A stretch of DNA of 64,000 nucleotides, from assembly GCF_001194135.2 (NCBI RefSeq), contig NC_068997.1, positions 4,465,231 to 4,529,230 of the forward strand, given 5' to 3'. The notes below the pieces were generated by a model. That model saw nothing but the letters and a program-made list of their open reading frames with translations. It was not told where the DNA came from and did no database searches. Made by a program: the position numbers and the translations under genes. Positions 25,204-37,336 of the stretch are shown one piece after another. This stretch comes from Octopus bimaculoides (taxonomy: Eukaryota). Each line of letters starts with the position of its first letter. The stretch's first letter is position 1.

Positions 25204-26590
25204 TAGGTATGGGTGGCTTGTATTCCTTGAAGAAAGATGTCTAGACTCCGTTTAAAGCTGATAGGATCCTTTTCCTCTTTTATCTGTTTCGGGACAATGT
25301 TAAACAGGGCAGGGCCTGTTGAGGAAAAGAAATTATGCCGCAATGTACCTATATGTTGTGTTCCTGAATTGGGTAGGGGACGTATGGCCCGTGGTCTCAG
25401 CCTTGGATGAACCTTGAAACTAATGTTCAGGTCGTTTGGGCAATGCTGACGGTATATTCTCCACATCGTACAAATGATGTACCGCTCGTGGCGGCGCTGG
25501 AGAGAGTAGAGCTTCAAGGCTTTAAGGCGGTCCCAGTAATCAAGATCAGTCATGCCTTCAATTCGTTTAGTGAGTGCCCTCTGGGGTGATTCAGTCCTCG
25601 AGATGCTTTGTTCAGTATGGAGAGACTACAAGGGGCAGCAGTATTCGAGGTGTGTCCGTACAAAGGAGGAGAAAAGTGGAATGATGACACCTTGTTCCCT
25701 GGACCGGAAGGTTCTTAAAATCCAGGAGCTCACCCTACGAGCTACATTGACCTTATTATTGATGTGGGCACTCCAATTGAGATTGTTGTCAACAATTACA
25801 CCCAGATCTCTGATATTATTGGATGCCGTGAGCGGTTCCCCTGAAGGAAGAGAGTATGGCTGTTTTAGTATGGACTTTCTTCCAAAATGCATCAGCTCAA
25901 ATTTTCCCTCGTTCAGTTTCATTTTGTTTTTATCTGCCCCTTGACTCACAGCATATAGATCAGAGTGGAGTTGTGCTCGGTCTTCTTCTTCATTGATTTA
26001 TTGGAGCTTAGTGTCATCAGCAAATATTTTCACTTTGCAGTGATTTACGACGCTGGAATGGTCATTTATGTAAATTATAAAGAGGAGCGGGCCCAAGACA
26101 GTCCCCTGAGTTCCACCACTGGTGACTTTTGCTGGGCTTGAGTGGACGCCATCGACCACAACTTCTTGTGTTCTATTCTCCAGGAAATACTTAATCCAGT
26201 GTAGAAGTTTTCCACAGATTCCAACATTTGCCAATTTTGTAAGATATTATGGTCAACCCTGTCAAACGCTTTACTGAAGTCAAGATATATGACATCAGCG
26301 TTCGAACCTGTTACCAAGGCTTTAAGTATATCTTCAATGTGGTGTAAGAGCTGTGTTAGACAGTCCTTGCCACAGCGAAAGCCATGCTGGTTTGCATTTA
26401 GGAGTTTGTGGGTCTCCAGGAAGTCAGTTATCCTTCATGTTACCACCCTTTCAAACACTTTAATGATGTGGGAGGTGAGTGAGATTGAGCGATAGTTGAC
26501 TGCGAGGGATCTGTTTCCCTGTTTGAAAAACCGGGATGACAGACTTGGATAGGAGCTGTTTCGGTATATAACCTGAGTCTAAAGAATTTA
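25204..26590 (-). mobile_element. CR1-group (CR1/L2/Jockey-like) LINE reverse transcriptase fragment, frameshifted
   Basis: NYRSISLTSHIIKVFERVV; DVIYLDFSKAFDRVDH; GxxQGTVLGPLLFIIYIND; FADDTKL; RDLGVIVD; RTHLEYCCPL; LKLYSLQRRxERY. Confidence 0.95.
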
Positions 26591-26818
26591 TACACATACG
26601 TATGTCCGTGTTGTCTAAGTACAATGATGAAATTTAATATTTTCTCGATATGATTTTGACGTGAAGATACGAATAAATTATCTGCTAATTAAGTTTTACA
26701 AGAAACAAAGGGAGGACTTAAGATTTCGAGAATTTCTCATAGCACAATCAGAAACTTTGGGTGGTATTTATGTATTCTCAAGAAGTTACTTACTCTCGTG
26801 ATCATCCGTAAATGCACT

Positions 26819-26968
26819 GTATTCCGACAGAATGGAGCACCCTACCGTTCTACAAAGAGCGCGAAGAGCTGTCTTAAAGCTGATGATATTACTCTATTGG
26901 GAAAATGGCAAGGACCAGCTCTTGAATTGATCTCTATAGTAAATATGTGGGGTCACATTTACAGATGA
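26819..26968 (+). mobile_element. Tc1-like transposase catalytic-domain relic
   Basis: VFRQNGAPYRSTKSAKSCLKADDITLLGKWQGPALELISIVNMW resembles FQQDGAPxH...WPxxSPDLNPIENxW. Confidence 0.7.
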
Positions 26969-27415
26969 ATATGCTTCATCGATTTTGGATTTAAAGAGAA
27001 AAAAATTGCAGGTTTATGTATTTGGTTTGCAAGATTCTTGATGTGAAATCGTGTGTTGAAACAGATATTGTTTTGCTTAGGGTTGGTCATCTTTTGCCAG
27101 TTAAACACACGCACTATACAAAATAATCCTTTCTACAATAGGCACAAGGCTTGAAATTTTGGGGGAGCACTAGGTTTGATTTACCCCCACTCCTTTGAAT
27201 TTGTTGGCCTTTTGCTGTCTCTCACCTCCTCCTCTTCTGTCACCCACTGTGTATTAGTGTACCTTTTGTCCAAATTGCTTTCCTTGTACCAAAATTTAAA
27301 ACAAAGGTATATGTAATAAGTACCAACCACTCTTCTTCCAGTACAGATCCTGACTTTCCCTTGGATCAATACTGAGAGGTCCGAGTGGGTGTTTGAAACC
27401 ATTGTTATTGTTATT

Positions 27416-27632
27416 AACGCCGTGAGCTGGCAGATTCGTTAACATACTGAACAAAATGCTTAGCAGCCTTTCGTCCGTCTTTACGTTCTGAGTTCAAATT
27501 ACGCCGAGGTCGACTTTCCCTTTCATCCTTCTCGAGGTCGATAAAATAAGTACCAGTTGGACACTGGGGTCGATGTAATCGACTCATCCTCTCCCCCAAA
27601 ATTGCTGCCCCTGTGGTAAAATTTGAAGCTAT
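27416..27632 (+). mobile_element. SINE family B
   Basis: Family consensus features, followed by (ATT)n. Confidence 0.85.
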
Positions 27633-27634
27633 TA

Positions 27635-27707
<73 letters not shown>

Positions 27708-27708
27708 G

Positions 27709-27925
27709 AAGGTGGCGAGCTGGCAGAAACGTTAGCTCGCCGGGCGAAATGCTTAGCTGTATTTCGTCTGCCGCTACATTCTGAGTTCAAATTCCGCCGA
27801 GGTCGACTTTGTCTTTCATCCTTTTGGGATCGATAAATTAAGTACCAGTTGAGTACGGGGTCGATGTAATCGACTAGTAACCTCTCGCAAAATTTCAGGC
27901 CTTGTGCCTTTAGCAGAAAGAGCTA
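27709..27925 (+). mobile_element. SINE family B
   Basis: ggtggcgagctggcagaaacgttagc...ggccttgtgcct. A further deleted copy lies at ~27940-28025. Confidence 0.85.
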
Positions 27926-28579
27926 TTATTATTAATTAAGGCCGTGAGCTGGCAGGTTCATTAGCACACTGAACGCAATGCTTAGCAGCATTTCGTCCAA
28001 ATTGTTGACCTTGTGCCAAAATTTATAATCATTATTATTATATAAAGATATATGTAATAAATATCGAACTCTCTTCCTCCTGCGAATATCCTGATTTTCC
28101 CCGAGAAGTCCGAGAGGATGTTTGTATCTGCTCGCAACTTTATACATAAATCAACAAGAGAAAGTATGCACGTGAGTAATGCATGGCTGTTCTGTATTTA
28201 ACATGAATATTTTGTAAGCTGCAGTAACCTGTTTCCAAGTTATTCACTTATTACATTATAAATTATATTCCTTGTTTTTTTTTCTCTTGGGTGGGGTGTC
28301 GTTTATATCATCAATTACAATAGGAAACGCCATTTTTATCAGTGCAGGCTTTTGACCAAGTACCATACTGCATATATATATATATATATATATAAACAAA
28401 TCTAAATAAATATATATTTTTTTTTTTATTTATGTGTTTCAGCCAAGTGGCTGCGGTCATGCTGGTGCACCACCGTGATTTTCACGTTCCTTGCATGGCT
28501 CTTCTCCCCAACCTGACATGGTCCAATCAAGAGTTTTGATGGCACATCTGGTGTATAAGAGAATTTGACACAGCTGCCC

Positions 28580-29404
28580 TAAATAAATATATATATATAA
28601 ATAAAAAATATATGTAAATAAATAAATATAAATAAATAGATAAATATANNNNNNNNNNNNNNNNNNNNNNNNNNNNNNNNNNNNNNNNNNNNNNNNNNNN
28701 NNNNNNNNNNNNNNNNNNNNNNNNNNNNNNNNNNNNNNNNNNNNNNNNNNNNNNNNNNNNNNNNNNNNNNNNNNNNNNNNNNNNNNNNNNNNNNNNNNNN
28801 NNNNNNNNNNNNNNNNNNNNNNNNNNNNNNNNNNNNNNNNNNNNNNNNNNNNNNNNNNNNNNNNNNNNNNNNNNNNNNNNNNNNNNNNNNNNNNNNNNNN
28901 NNNNNNNNNNNNNNNNNNNNNNNNNNNNNNNNNNNNNNNNNNNNNNNNNNNNNNNNNNNNNNNNNNNNNNNNNNNNNNNNNNNNNNNNNNNNNNNNNNNN
29001 NNNNNNNNNNNNNATAAATATATATAAATAAAAGAATATATATATATATAAATAAATATATATATATAAATAAAGAAATATATATATATAAATAAATAAA
29101 TATATAAAATAAATAAATAAATAAATGAATATATAAATATATATAAATAAATATATATTTATATATAAATAAAAAATGTATGTATGAACAAATAAATATA
29201 TATAAATAAATAAATAAATAAATATATACATATATATAAATAAATAAATAAATAAATATATATTTATATATATATAAATAAAATATATATATATATAAAT
29301 AAATAAAGATATGTATAAATAAATAAATAAATATGTATATATAAACATATAAATAAATATGTATATATAAACATATAAATAAATAAATATAAATAAATAA
29401 ATAA

Positions 29405-29435
<31 letters not shown>

Positions 29436-29617
29436 TATAAATAAATAAATATATGTATAAATAAATATATAAATAAATATATATGTAAATAAATAAATAT
29501 AAGTAAATAAATAAATAAATATATAAATACATATACACACATGTATGTACGTATATGTATGTGCGTATGTATGTATGTATGTATATACGTTATATTTAAA
29601 TATATAGGCGTATATAA

Positions 29618-29690
<73 letters not shown>
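28580..29690. repeat. A/T-only compound microsatellite (ATAAAT/AT) with gap
   Basis: Direct inspection. Source of the 319-337 aa pseudo-ORFs. Confidence 0.95.
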
Positions 29691-29694
<4 letters not shown>

Positions 29695-29777
29695 TAATTT
29701 GTTTAATTTCGAGATGGTCATCTTTTTGCCAAATAAACACACGCACTATTACTGTTCTTATTCTCACTCATGCCCAT

Positions 29778-29820
29778 TGCCAGGAAATCTTTCGTTACAT
29801 ATGTGACCTCTTCAGTGACA
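29778..29820 (-). ncRNA. Degenerate type I hammerhead-like motif
   Basis: UGUCA CUGAAGA G GUCACAUAUGUAAC GAAA GAUUU C C UGGCA. Cores intact, stem II has one mismatch, stem I 5 bp, but position 16.1 is C rather than U. Confidence 0.45.
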
Positions 29821-30401
29821 CTTTTCGTCTTTGAGTGTGCTCTTGTTTCACTTATTTCATTCTACTCTTCTATGATGCGCATCCATATGTGTGCATGCGT
29901 TTGTGTTCGTGTTTGTGTGTATGCTTGTGTGTGTATGCTTGTGTGTGTATGCTTGTGTGTGCGTGTCATTCTTCTTGGTACCAGTATGACCTTCCCCTCA
30001 GCCCCATCCTCTTCCCCCGCTGTCGCTGCTGTCCTGGGACCCAAAAATTTGGTACAGTTCCTGTATCTCTCTGTGTTTGTGTGTTCGCCCACGGTGCTAC
30101 CATCGTAGTAGTTGTTGCTATTGCCATCGTTGTCACTGCCGCTGCTGCTGTCGTTCTTAGACGTGCTGTTGATACTGTCGCGACCGTCTGGGAAGTTATT
30201 GTGTGTGTGCTTGTGTGTGTATATGGGTTTGCTTCTTATGTTCTTTGTATCCATTCCCTTTATATAGATTTATTCATTGACATGTGTATTACCCAGTTTG
30301 TATCTGTGTCTTATTTATTATTATTTTCCCTCGTTCATTCTCCTCCTCCTCCTCCCTTCTGTCTTTAGTCATGTGGTGTGGTGGTGGGTGTTATTGCAGT
30401 T

Positions 30402-30630
30402 TCATTCGTGTTTTCTATTGACGGTCGGTCTGTCTACTGCTATGTGTATAGCCTAAGTGTCATGTCAGTTCTATGCAGCGATAATGCTTTAACATCAAAG
30501 TTATTATTCGAGCCTCCATGTTCTGCTTGAGCTTGTTGATAGGGCACTAACGAGCCTTTCTCTTCTTTGAGCTCTCCCAGTGGTCACCTATACGTTCTCC
30601 TATGCTGCATGTAGTCTCTACAATGTGTTC
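30402..30630 (-). mobile_element. Penelope-like GIY-YIG endonuclease C-terminal relic
   Basis: Broken reading IGERIGDHWESSK..KGSLVPYQQAQAEHGGSNNNFDVKALSLHRTDMTLRLYT*Q*TDRPSIENTNE resembles the PLE R..EH...S.L..H...H...F...R...EA..I....P.LN pattern. Confidence 0.55.
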
Positions 30631-30648
30631 GTATATATATATATATAT

Positions 30649-30841
30649 GGGAGAATTTACGAAAAAAAACAACAACAGACGAGGACAGGTGGTGTAAACA
30701 ACAAAAGGATGTATTAGTTTAACGCTCGGGAATAGAGAAAGTCTTTAACGTTTCGAGCTACGCTCTTCAACAGAAAGAAATAAGGAGAAAAACAAGGAGA
30801 AAAAAATATAAATGGAGTGGTCAGCGATCTATCATGGCGAA

Positions 30842-30843
<2 letters not shown>
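30649..30843 (-). mobile_element. Short Penelope-like terminal repeat in (TA)n, with minimal HHR-like motif at 30742-30778
   Basis: Near-identical to 5487-5610. (TA)n on both sides. Confidence 0.6.
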
Positions 30844-30920
<77 letters not shown>

Positions 30921-31122
30921 ATTAAGGGATCAGCAAAATATTTGCTTCACCATATACCGAAGTTCAGAAAATAGCAGCTAAAAAAGCTGAGAATCTCACA
31001 GATAGCATCACAAGAAGAAAAAACAATGAAAAACTAACCAATTCAGATGATTAACAGCAGACGCGTTTCAATCAGTTAAGATGAGAAGCCATGAGAGCCA
31101 GTCTGGTACTGCATCAGTACCA

Positions 31123-31262
31123 AAATCGTTAGCACGCCGGACGAAATGCTTAGCGGTGTTTCGCCCGTCGCTACGTTCTGAGTTCAAATTCCGCTGAGGT
31201 CGACTTTACCGTTCATCCATTCGGGGTCGATACAATAAGTACCAGTTGAACACTGGGGTCGA
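31123..31262 (+). mobile_element. SINE family B (5'-clipped)
   Basis: aatcgttagcacgccggacgaaatgc...cactggggtcga. Confidence 0.8.
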
Positions 31263-31302
31263 TTATCATTATTATTATTATCATTATTATTATTATTATT
31301 AT

Positions 31303-31344
<42 letters not shown>

Positions 31345-31345
<1 letters not shown>

Positions 31346-32035
31346 CGATTTTACTCAGGTTTGTTCTTATTCCTTGTAGTATTTAGGTATCCATAAGCTT
31401 TCGGTAATCCTTTAAGTGTGCAAAACTCTTCTGATAATCTTTCCTGTCCCTATGAGGTAAATGTTCTGTAGAAGCTCCAATCTCCTTCAACCATTTATCT
31501 ATATCGTTATTGACAACACTAGGTTGTTGCAAAACATTGTTGTAAAGTTTTGCCAGCAGTTCACAACTCTCTGGGAAGCCATTCAACCAGAAGTTAGGAA
31601 TTTTCTACTTTCCTGGAGACTTCCATTTGCTTGACTTGCTGAGAGCAGATCTTACGTCCTCTACCTTGACACCCACCCCCACTGGGTTGGTCTATAATTA
31701 TTTCCTCAGTAGTATCTTCTTTAGCTGCAAATTCGTTCCTATTATCCCTTACTGATTGTTTAATTTGGTTAATCTCTAATTCAGGTAGTAATTTCTTTTC
31801 CATGTTTCTTCGAGTGCTGGCAAGTTTGTTACTATGTAGGATCTTACTTCAGTGTGCTTCTCTCTCCAGTTTAGGTAGGTTTGTTCTGTATTAGATTTTT
31901 TTGCGGGGCAATATATAGCACCATAGGCTTTAAGAACTTTATTATCTCCCCTCGACCATTTTCATTCTTTTTCTTTTGGTTATTTGATGAGCGTGGATGG
32001 CCATCTGTTGAAATATTCCGGTTGTGGGGTACTTC
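31345..32035 (-). mobile_element. R4/Dong-clade non-LTR element, N-terminal and pre-RT fragments with internal deletions
   Basis: KWSRGDNKVL...TYLNWRE...KLASTRRNMEKKLLPELEINQIK and KWKSPGK*KIPNFWLNGFPESCELLAKLYNNVLQQP (WKAPGPDxIxNFWL motif). Bounded by (TAA)n/(TAG)n. Confidence 0.75.
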
Positions 32036-32082
32036 CAGCTCCTTATCATTATTATTATTATTATTATTATCATCATGATCAT

Positions 32083-32300
32083 TAAGGTAGCAAGCTGGCA
32101 GAATCGTTAGCATGCTGAACGAAATGCTTAGCGGTATTTCACCCGTCGTTGTTCTGAGTTCAATTTCCGCCGAGGTCGACTTTGCTTTTCATCCCTCGGT
32201 ATCGATAAATTAAATACCAGTGAAACACTGGGGTCGATGTAATCGACTAGTCCCCTCCCCCAAAATTTTCAAGGCCTTGTGCCTTCAGTAGAAAGGATTA
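32083..32300 (+). mobile_element. SINE family B
   Basis: Family consensus features. Confidence 0.85.
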
Positions 32301-32810
32301 TTTTTTTTTTTTTTTTATTTCAGTTTTCTTTCCAATTCTTACCGAGTGTCTTCCTGGTACCTAGGGCAAAGAAACTCACTGTATACATGGATAGGCCATT
32401 GAAATAAACACCAGATTGTTCACTTACAAAATCAAATAAACTAATGTGGAAAAAAAGTAAATAAATAGAAATGACTATTTCTTAAAATTTACTTGGGTGG
32501 TAATCGTTCTCACGGCGATAATACTCTTCTCAGTACGTCTGATGTATCAGTTGGAACAATAACGATCTTTTGCGCTGCTTACAACGATGGTAAGACAGGG
32601 ATCATTCTCAGACAATTTTCAGTTACTTCTTTTTTTTTTCTTTTCATCATTCTAAGTGCTCCTACATTCACTGATATTGTAACCGCCTTGAGATGCCATA
32701 TTTTTTTTATTTCAATGAGCAAATCTTTATATTTTCTGAGCTTGTCAAATTCTTTTGCCGAGATATTTTGATCACAAGGAATACTCATGTTGATCAATAG
32801 ATCGACTTTA
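32300..32810 (-). mobile_element. R4/Dong-clade non-LTR element 3' end (RLE domain, UTR, A-rich tail)
   Basis: LLINMSIPCDQNISAKEFDKLRKYKDLLIEIKKIWHLKAVTISVNVGAL. Related to, but divergent from, 1-242. Confidence 0.85.
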
Positions 32811-33329
32811 TAGTTAGGGCTATTATCATTGTTGTTGTTGTTACAAGCAGAAAGACTGCTCCCGGGTGGTTTTCTGCTAGTCGCTAAATGATATTTACCC
32901 ATTTGATTCCCAATTTGTGTAATTTTTCTACGTGAAATTTCCTATTATATCCTTTATTTGTTTAAAAGCTTTCGCTCAAAAATAAATTTAGAATAATAGC
33001 AAGCACAGCGCTGGAATTTATGAAGACATCAGGTATTATATTGACTTAAATTAGCCACGTTAATCTCTTTCTTTTAAACAAACTCGGAGGTATCCTCTAC
33101 GTGTTTTTTGTTTTTTTTAATGATAAAAATTGCATGAATTATGTGGGTATATTTAAGGGTTATAACATATCAAACATCCATACCAACAAATTTGCTAGAG
33201 ATTTTGTTTTAATTATTCCGGTATCTAAGGAAAATTTCATTTTATTAGAAATATTCATTTGACAAATTCCAGAAGGGAAAGGGTGGAATAATTCTCAAAG
33301 TAATTTTTCCACCTACTTGTAATCTAAAT

Positions 33330-33625
33330 CAGGGGTTTTCAAACATTTTGACTTGCGGACTCCTTTATATTTCAGGCTTTACCTTGGGGACCCCCTTATA
33401 AACGCTTATGAAATTTATACATAAATATTTGCTTAAAATAACATATATTTTTACATTTATTTATTTAACAGTATTTAACAAATAGGTTTATTGTCAATTA
33501 AAAGATTTCGATTAAAAAACATATATAAAATCAAATTGCCCATAAAAAGTATTTGCTGTCCACGGACCCCTGTCTTGTCCTTGCGGACCCCCTGTGGTCC
33601 GCGGACCACAGTTTGAAAACCCCTG
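33330..33625. mobile_element. hAT MITE (296 bp) with perfect TSD
   Basis: 15-bp TIRs CAGGGGTTTTCAAAC / GTTTGAAAACCCCTG and 8-bp TSD ATCTAAAT at 33322-33329 and 33626-33633. Confidence 0.95.
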
Positions 33626-34438
33626 ATCTAAATCATCAAGACGTGAGGGTTATGAGGAAAACAAGACGTGGCGTGTGGCTTATCCGAAACTCCTCTCCCG
33701 TCCCTCAGAAAACATTTTCATATCAAAATCCGACATAATGATAATCTACACCGTCTGGAATGCATTTGTAGAAAATTCCATTAAAAAGTATCCATTTTTT
33801 ACAAAGTCGGGAGATGGGGAATACTTTATTTGAAAGAAAATGCAATTGATGCAAATAAATTAAGACCACTTTTCTTCAGCCTTTCGTTTCTTGAAAAACA
33901 CCCAACAAATATGAACGGATACAGGAATCAACGTAATTTAACTTATGTTGGATTACATTCATAATTTAGAGAAAAGTGTTTTATTGATATGTCACTGGAA
34001 TTTAGGCCATATTTAATAACCACAAGAGTAAAAACAAACCATGAATTAAAATTACTTTACTTTAGTTGAAATCTTCAGTAATAAAAGAAACTTGAAAGCC
34101 ACATTTTGATTTTTAAAATACATTAAAATTAGGATATTTAAGAATTTTCTACACTGTGTAGACTTTAGTAAGTGTTTTCTTCTAGTAAAAGTTACGTACT
34201 CCATACTAATTAGTAAGCAACATTTTATTATTTATATGCTAAATATTCTTCTTTTTTTTTTTCAAATCATCCCAACAATCAAGTATTTTGGTAATCGGGA
34301 ATTGTCTTTTGAAAAACTAGAAAACAATTTGAACGTCTGGAACTATTGTTAATGCAACTGATAGAACATTTCCAAATGCATTTACTATAAGAACACGAAT
34401 GATATGACTTTCAAACATAGTGAAAGGTAGGGGTAGTA

Positions 34439-34844
34439 GAATTAACCTTTAATCATGGTCCGATAAAATAATCCCAACTATATCCTGGAGCCCACAAGCA
34501 ATAGCAACGAATAATTCTATAATCCTGAGTAAACAAAGTCGTATCAGTTATATCCAGAAACCGACCAACAAAGGCAGTAAATTAATCTTTAATCTTTTAT
34601 CAAGAAAATAATCCCTGGAGATTACCAGATTTGGCGGTGAATTAACCTTTAATCCCGTGTCGATAATATAGCCCCAGATATATCCTGGGACCTCTCATGA
34701 ATAACAGTGAATTCATCTGTCATCCAGCTCATCAAATAATCCCAGTCATATAACCTGGTGCCTACAAGCAATAGCAGGGAATTAATTTTTATTTCTTCGA
34801 TAAAATAGTCCCAGTTATATCCAGGGCCGACCATCAATGGCGGT
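34439..34844 (+). repeat. Diverged ~60-70-bp tandem array, 6 units
   Basis: Units start gaattaacctttaatc and contain cgataaaata(a/g)tcccagttatatcc(a/t)gg. Confidence 0.85.
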
Positions 34845-34861
34845 GGTGGTCGACCACCCCC

Positions 34862-35306
34862 ACCGCCGTCAATGGAATATAGGTTTCAAATTTTGGTACA
34901 AGTCCAGCAATTTTAAAAGTTGGGTAAGTCGATTACACCGACCCCAGTGTTCAACCGGAACTTTTTTTATCGACCCCCCCAAAAGAATGAAGGACAGAGT
35001 CAACCTAGGTGGAATTTGAACTCAGAACGAAGAGACGGACAAGTCTCGCTAAGCACTGTCGCGTTACCGATTCTTATTTCTTTATTGCCCACAAAGGGAC
35101 TAAACATACAGGGACAATCAAAGAAAGACAAAGGGATTAAGTCGATTACATCGACCCCAGTGCGTAACTGGTACTTAATTTATCGACCCCGAAAGGATGA
35201 AAGACAAAGTCGACCTCGGCGGAATTTGAACTCAGAACGTAACGGCAGACGAAATACCGCGAAGCATTTCGCCCGGCGTGCTAACGATTCTGCCATCTCG
35301 CCGCCT
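34862..35306 (-). mobile_element. Two adjacent SINE family B copies (34862-35036 partial, 35071-35306 with long tail)
   Basis: Reverse complement of the family-B consensus. Confidence 0.85.
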
Positions 35307-36070
35307 TCCCGTCAATAAAATATTACCAGTTATCTACTGGATTGGGTCTATCTAATCGTCTATTGTCTCTATTCAAATGTACATGTGTGGTTTTGTGCCA
35401 AAATTTAAAATTATTTTTTAACAAAAGTCTCTTCTCTAGAATCTGTCATGCGATCAAAATAAAAAAAGTAATATAAAGCGAATCAAATGTTTTTAATATT
35501 AAAAATACCAATTAAAAAGACATGAATGTTTATGTTTTTTTTTATATTGATTCTGTTTGTTTTATTCTTAGTGGGGTTTAAATTACCAAAAGTTAATTAA
35601 TTCTTTCACTAAAGAATATCCTTCCAAATCAGAACGGTTTTAATGAATTAATCCGCCGTTGACGAACGTAAATTAAAGGCTACTCGCCAGAGATGTATTT
35701 CCAAAAACAATTCTCTCACATAATCCATAACAAGTATGGATTACTCGTTACTTTATAAATCAACATTTTCTTTTTTATTGGATTTCCAGGTTTTCGTTTG
35801 ATTTATTCACAACGTAATTTGTCTTTGTTGTTTATGTTTTGATTTTACTCTTGTGGTTATTAAATATGGCCTTTTGTGCGATGCCACATAAAATATAGAA
35901 TAGCGTGTAAAACCATATGCCGAGAATTTAATCACCGCCAGAGAGAAGTTGGTGGGTGAACGGATGAGAGAGACAGAGAGAGAATTATACTTGGTAGAGT
36001 CAAAAGACAAACAATATGATACAGTATTCATTTGTTTTAGTGTTAAAAGGTCCCATCTGACTGAATAGCA

Positions 36071-36119
<49 letters not shown>

Positions 36120-36196
36120 NNNNNNNNNNNNNNNNNNNNNNNNNNNNNNNNNNNNNNNNNNNNNNNNNNNNNNNNNNNNNNNNNNNNNNNNNNNNN

Positions 36197-36240
<44 letters not shown>

Positions 36241-36584
36241 TGTGCGCGTGTGTGTATGTGTTGATTGATTGAAAGCTTGCTGGCGGGAATCGCTAGACGA
36301 GCACTGCACAGTCTTCGGGTGTGTCCACAATCAAGCCATTTAAGACTTATTGGCTCAGTCCACCTACCCTTGAATAACTGCCATGAGTATGTGAAGTAAA
36401 CGTTTGTCTAAATACCTTTCAAATTGTGTGTGCGTTTGTGTTTGTCTCTTGGCTGAAAGTTTGCAGGTGGGTATCACGTGACAAGGCCTGCACAACACTG
36501 TCTTAAGCTGTGTTCCCAGCCAAGCCATTCAAGACTCAGTCTACCAATTCTTGAATGACTACCACAAGTATGTAGAGTTAACTT

Positions 36585-37290
36585 CTGTGTAAATGTCTTT
36601 CAAATTTTGCCACAAGGTCATCGATTTTTGAGGGGAAGCGGAGATCAATTACATCAACCCCTGTTATTGATTGGTACTTATTTTATCGCTCCTGAAAGAT
36701 TGAAAAACAATGTTGACCTCGGTGGAATTTGAACGTTAAACCAGAAGAAACGCTGCTCAGCATTTCAGCACGGTAATACTTTTGCCAGCTCGCTACCTTT
36801 TCTGTAAATCTTTTCCACTATTGGCACAATACCTGAAATGTGAGAAGGAAAGGCATGGTGGACTATATCGACCCAAGTGCTCAACTCCTACTTACATCAT
36901 CGACCCCGAAAGGATGAGAGGCTAAAGCTAATCTTGGCGGAATTTGAACTCAAAACGTAAAGCTGGAAGAAATGTTGCTAAGCATTTTGTCGGGTGCAGT
37001 AGTGATTTTGCCACCCACCGCCTTCTTTTGTGTAAATATCCTTTCTACTATAGGCACAATGCCTGAAAGTTTGATGGGAGGGGATAAGTTGATTACATAA
37101 TAAACCCCAATACTTGACTAGTACTTATTTTACCGAAGTCCGAAAGGATGAAAGGCAAAGTATACCCCGGCGGAATTTGGACTCAGAACGTAAGGACGAG
37201 CGAAATGTCGCTAAGCATTTCGCCCGGGGTGTTAGCAATTTTGCCCGGGGTGTTTGCAATTTTGCCAGCACGCCGCCTTCTTTTGTGTAA
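36585..37290 (-). mobile_element. Three tandem SINE family B copies
   Basis: Copies at ~36585-36800, 36815-37025 and 37043-37280. Shared flank ccgccttcttttgtgtaaatat at ~37018 and ~37273. Confidence 0.8.
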
Positions 37291-37336
37291 ATATTGACAG
37301 CATTATACTTTTGATCAGGAATGACCCGGGTGGGTC

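Noticed and set aside
28527-29767. Long ORFs of 167-337 aa (I/Y/F/L-rich)
   Set aside because: Translations of an A/T-only microsatellite and an N gap.
31060-31075. Minus-strand GAAACGCGUC half-hammerhead
   Set aside because: Only the 3' half is present, and the upstream sequence belongs to another repeat.
34439-34844. CRISPR-like appearance of the ~70-bp array
   Set aside because: Units are similar along their whole length with no unique spacers, no cas genes, and the context is eukaryotic.
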